DNA of 15,217 nucleotides from an uncultured Bacteroidales bacterium (GTDB lineage Bacteria > Bacteroidota > Bacteroidia > Bacteroidales > UBA1402), in contig CAYYJF010000034.1 of NCBI GenBank assembly GCA_964472175.1, positions 4,503-19,719 of the forward strand, written 5' to 3'. The position numbers and the translations under genes are program-made. The number at the start of each line of letters is the position of its first letter. Positions within the stretch are counted from its first letter, which is position 1. A model generated the notes under the pieces. The model did no database searches. It had not been told where the DNA came from and was given only the letters and a program-made list of their open reading frames with translations. This document shows, piece after piece, positions 13,792 through 15,217 of this stretch.

Positions 13792-15186
13792 TTATTGTGT
13801 GGCGTTCTTCCGAATTTCGTCGAACGAATATTTCTTTACCAGTTCTCCGCAGTTGAATACCTCAACCAAGACATCCTCACCCTCGTCTTCAAGACGACGG
13901 GTTTCATACCCAGTTTCGGTTTTAACTAGCTTCAATCGACCCTTCTTCGACTTCTTTCCGCCATCAATCGGGTCTTTAAAAATATCATTCCATTTACCAT
14001 CTCGGTATTGAGCGGAGCATTTGAAGGCAAATCGAAGATCGTCTCGACAAACTCGTTGCAATAGATTAGATCCGATTCCGAAGCAAGAGATATTCTCAGT
14101 TGCCCAACCATTAATGGTAAGAGCCCCAAGAATATTCTTAACTCCTTGAATATCAACACCGTCTCCCCATAGCAATTTTAATTTTGGATTGATTACCTTG
14201 TATCCTTTGCTATTAATAGTCCCGCCAAACTTGTTCCAAAGAATGTTGCACAATTTAAGAAGTACCTCCTCTGGGTCGCCGGAATCTGGGCGGATAACCA
14301 ATACACCATCACGCGCAAGAATTTGTTCCTTGTACTGCTCACCGCAAATCTTCTCGGCGAAGTCGTAAATGTTGTAGGTATCCCCCACAAGGGACAGAAT
14401 TCCGGTAGGATATTTTGTAAGGAGATCGCCAACAACTTTCGCTTCACCTTCTCGACCCAACGCTGACATTATTTGATGCTCGCTGGCCGGCACACTGAAC
14501 CCAAGATTGTCCAAATTTGCATCGTAATACTCACAGGCTCCCTCCAATGCAATAATCGTATCAGTTCCCTTGAAATTTACAAGATGTGCCATACCCCCAA
14601 GAGTGGCTTGCTCTGGCGTGGTGACACTTCTGAATCCAAAATCGTGAATAAAAAAATCAAGAAGGAAATTGTCGGAAGTCTTCTCCAAGAAGTGTTTAAC
14701 GGATAATTTTGCATATCGACCCTGAGTAGCAACGGTACTACCATACCACATATAATTGGTCAAAACAGTTTCAAGATAACCAGTGAGCCAACGGAATTTG
14801 CTTCCGCCCAGATTATGAATGGTCATCAATACATTGGATGTTCCAACCGTCAACCCTTCGGGTACAGCTCGGATTACTACTGGAAGTTTACCGTTGTAGT
14901 CGGTTAGAATATCTTCCCACCCCTGTCGATTGAATGAATTATCGTTTCCAAAATGTTTCTTAGCCAAAAGAGCTGCCCGCTCAATCTTTTCACGGGTAAC
15001 AACTTGACCTACCAAGTGTCGCATAATTCCAACTTGAAGACCGAAGAAAGTTACAAAATCCCACTTCCCACCAGCTCGCGCCTCAAAGTAAGAGTATGTA
15101 GTTTCCGTTCTCTCTGGGAACATGTTCCAATGGGCACCAAGCTTATAGCTATCGGTCGTGATGATAATATTATCGATGTTTTTCAT
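13792..15186 (-). CDS. nadV: nicotinamide phosphoribosyltransferase (NAMPT / NadV-like; type II PRTase)
   Basis: 464 aa with hallmark NAMPT blocks: IITTDSYKLGAHW, FKGTDTIIALEGA, VIRPDSGDPEEV and LLWGDGVDIQGV. The length and domain order match phage and bacterial NadV/NAMPT. It cannot be distinguished by eye from the NAMPT-like Namat of the NARP1 pathway. Confidence 0.9.
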   Translation of the reverse strand: MKNIDNIIITTDSYKLGAHWNMFPERTETTYSYFEARAGGKWDFVTFFGLQVGIMRHLVGQVVTREKIERAALLAKKHFGNDNSFNRQGWEDILTDYNGKLPVVIRAVPEGLTVGTSNVLMTIHNLGGSKFRWLTGYLETVLTNYMWYGSTVATQGRYAKLSVKHFLEKTSDNFLLDFFIHDFGFRSVTTPEQATLGGMAHLVNFKGTDTIIALEGACEYYDANLDNLGFSVPASEHQIMSALGREGEAKVVGDLLTKYPTGILSLVGDTYNIYDFAEKICGEQYKEQILARDGVLVIRPDSGDPEEVLLKLCNILWNKFGGTINSKGYKVINPKLKLLWGDGVDIQGVKNILGALTINGWATENISCFGIGSNLLQRVCRDDLRFAFKCSAQYRDGKWNDIFKDPIDGGKKSKKGRLKLVKTETGYETRRLEDEGEDVLVEVFNCGELVKKYSFDEIRKNATQ

Positions 15187-15217
15187 ATATTATTTTTCCC
15201 TTATCTTTTATCAGGTT

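Noticed and set aside
1-15217. Possibility of stop-codon reassignment (alternative genetic code) explaining the in-frame stops
   Set aside because: The ORFs are long and well delimited under the standard code. The two in-frame stops are different codons (TAA and TGA). TAA recoding is not known in phages.
1-15217. CRISPR arrays, insertion sequences, homing endonucleases
   Set aside because: There are no regularly spaced direct repeats, no terminal inverted repeats flanking a transposase-like ORF, and no GIY-YIG or HNH motifs in any frame I read.

Overview
This is an AT-rich, tightly packed accessory region that looks like it comes from a large virulent dsDNA phage. It has T4-like or jumbo-phage hallmarks: short ORFs with ATGA/TAATG junctions, an embedded tRNA, hairpin terminators between gene blocks, and host-like metabolic genes. 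A rightward block (15-3974) carries two tandem paralogous ORFs, a promoter, a tRNA-Ile(UAU) with its terminator, a receiver-like small protein, a membrane protein and a Nudix hydrolase. A leftward block (4276-15186) converges on it at a bidirectional terminator near 4111-4136. Its components are listed below.
- A terminator-bounded four-gene operon (5187-7812) encodes a type I phosphoribosyltransferase, an unknown protein, a small Dcm-like C5-methyltransferase-fold protein and a nucleotidyltransferase-fold protein.
- A lipoprotein SPFH/band-7 gene is followed by two small membrane proteins.
- A pair of diverged paralogues, each immediately preceded by a strong hairpin, brackets a ~2.6 kb cassette.
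- The cassette contains an RlmN/Cfr-family radical SAM enzyme that is split in two by a single in-frame TAA. The catalytic AACGQLA cysteine motif sits on a separate 44-aa downstream ORF.
- The leftward block ends with a clear nicotinamide phosphoribosyltransferase (NAMPT/NadV-like).
Most genes lack Shine-Dalgarno sequences.
The two items I find most worth follow-up are the split RlmN-like enzyme, which also seems to lack the second mechanistic cysteine, and the PRTase/MTase-like/NTase-like operon.
All functional calls are from motif recognition by eye; no searches were run.
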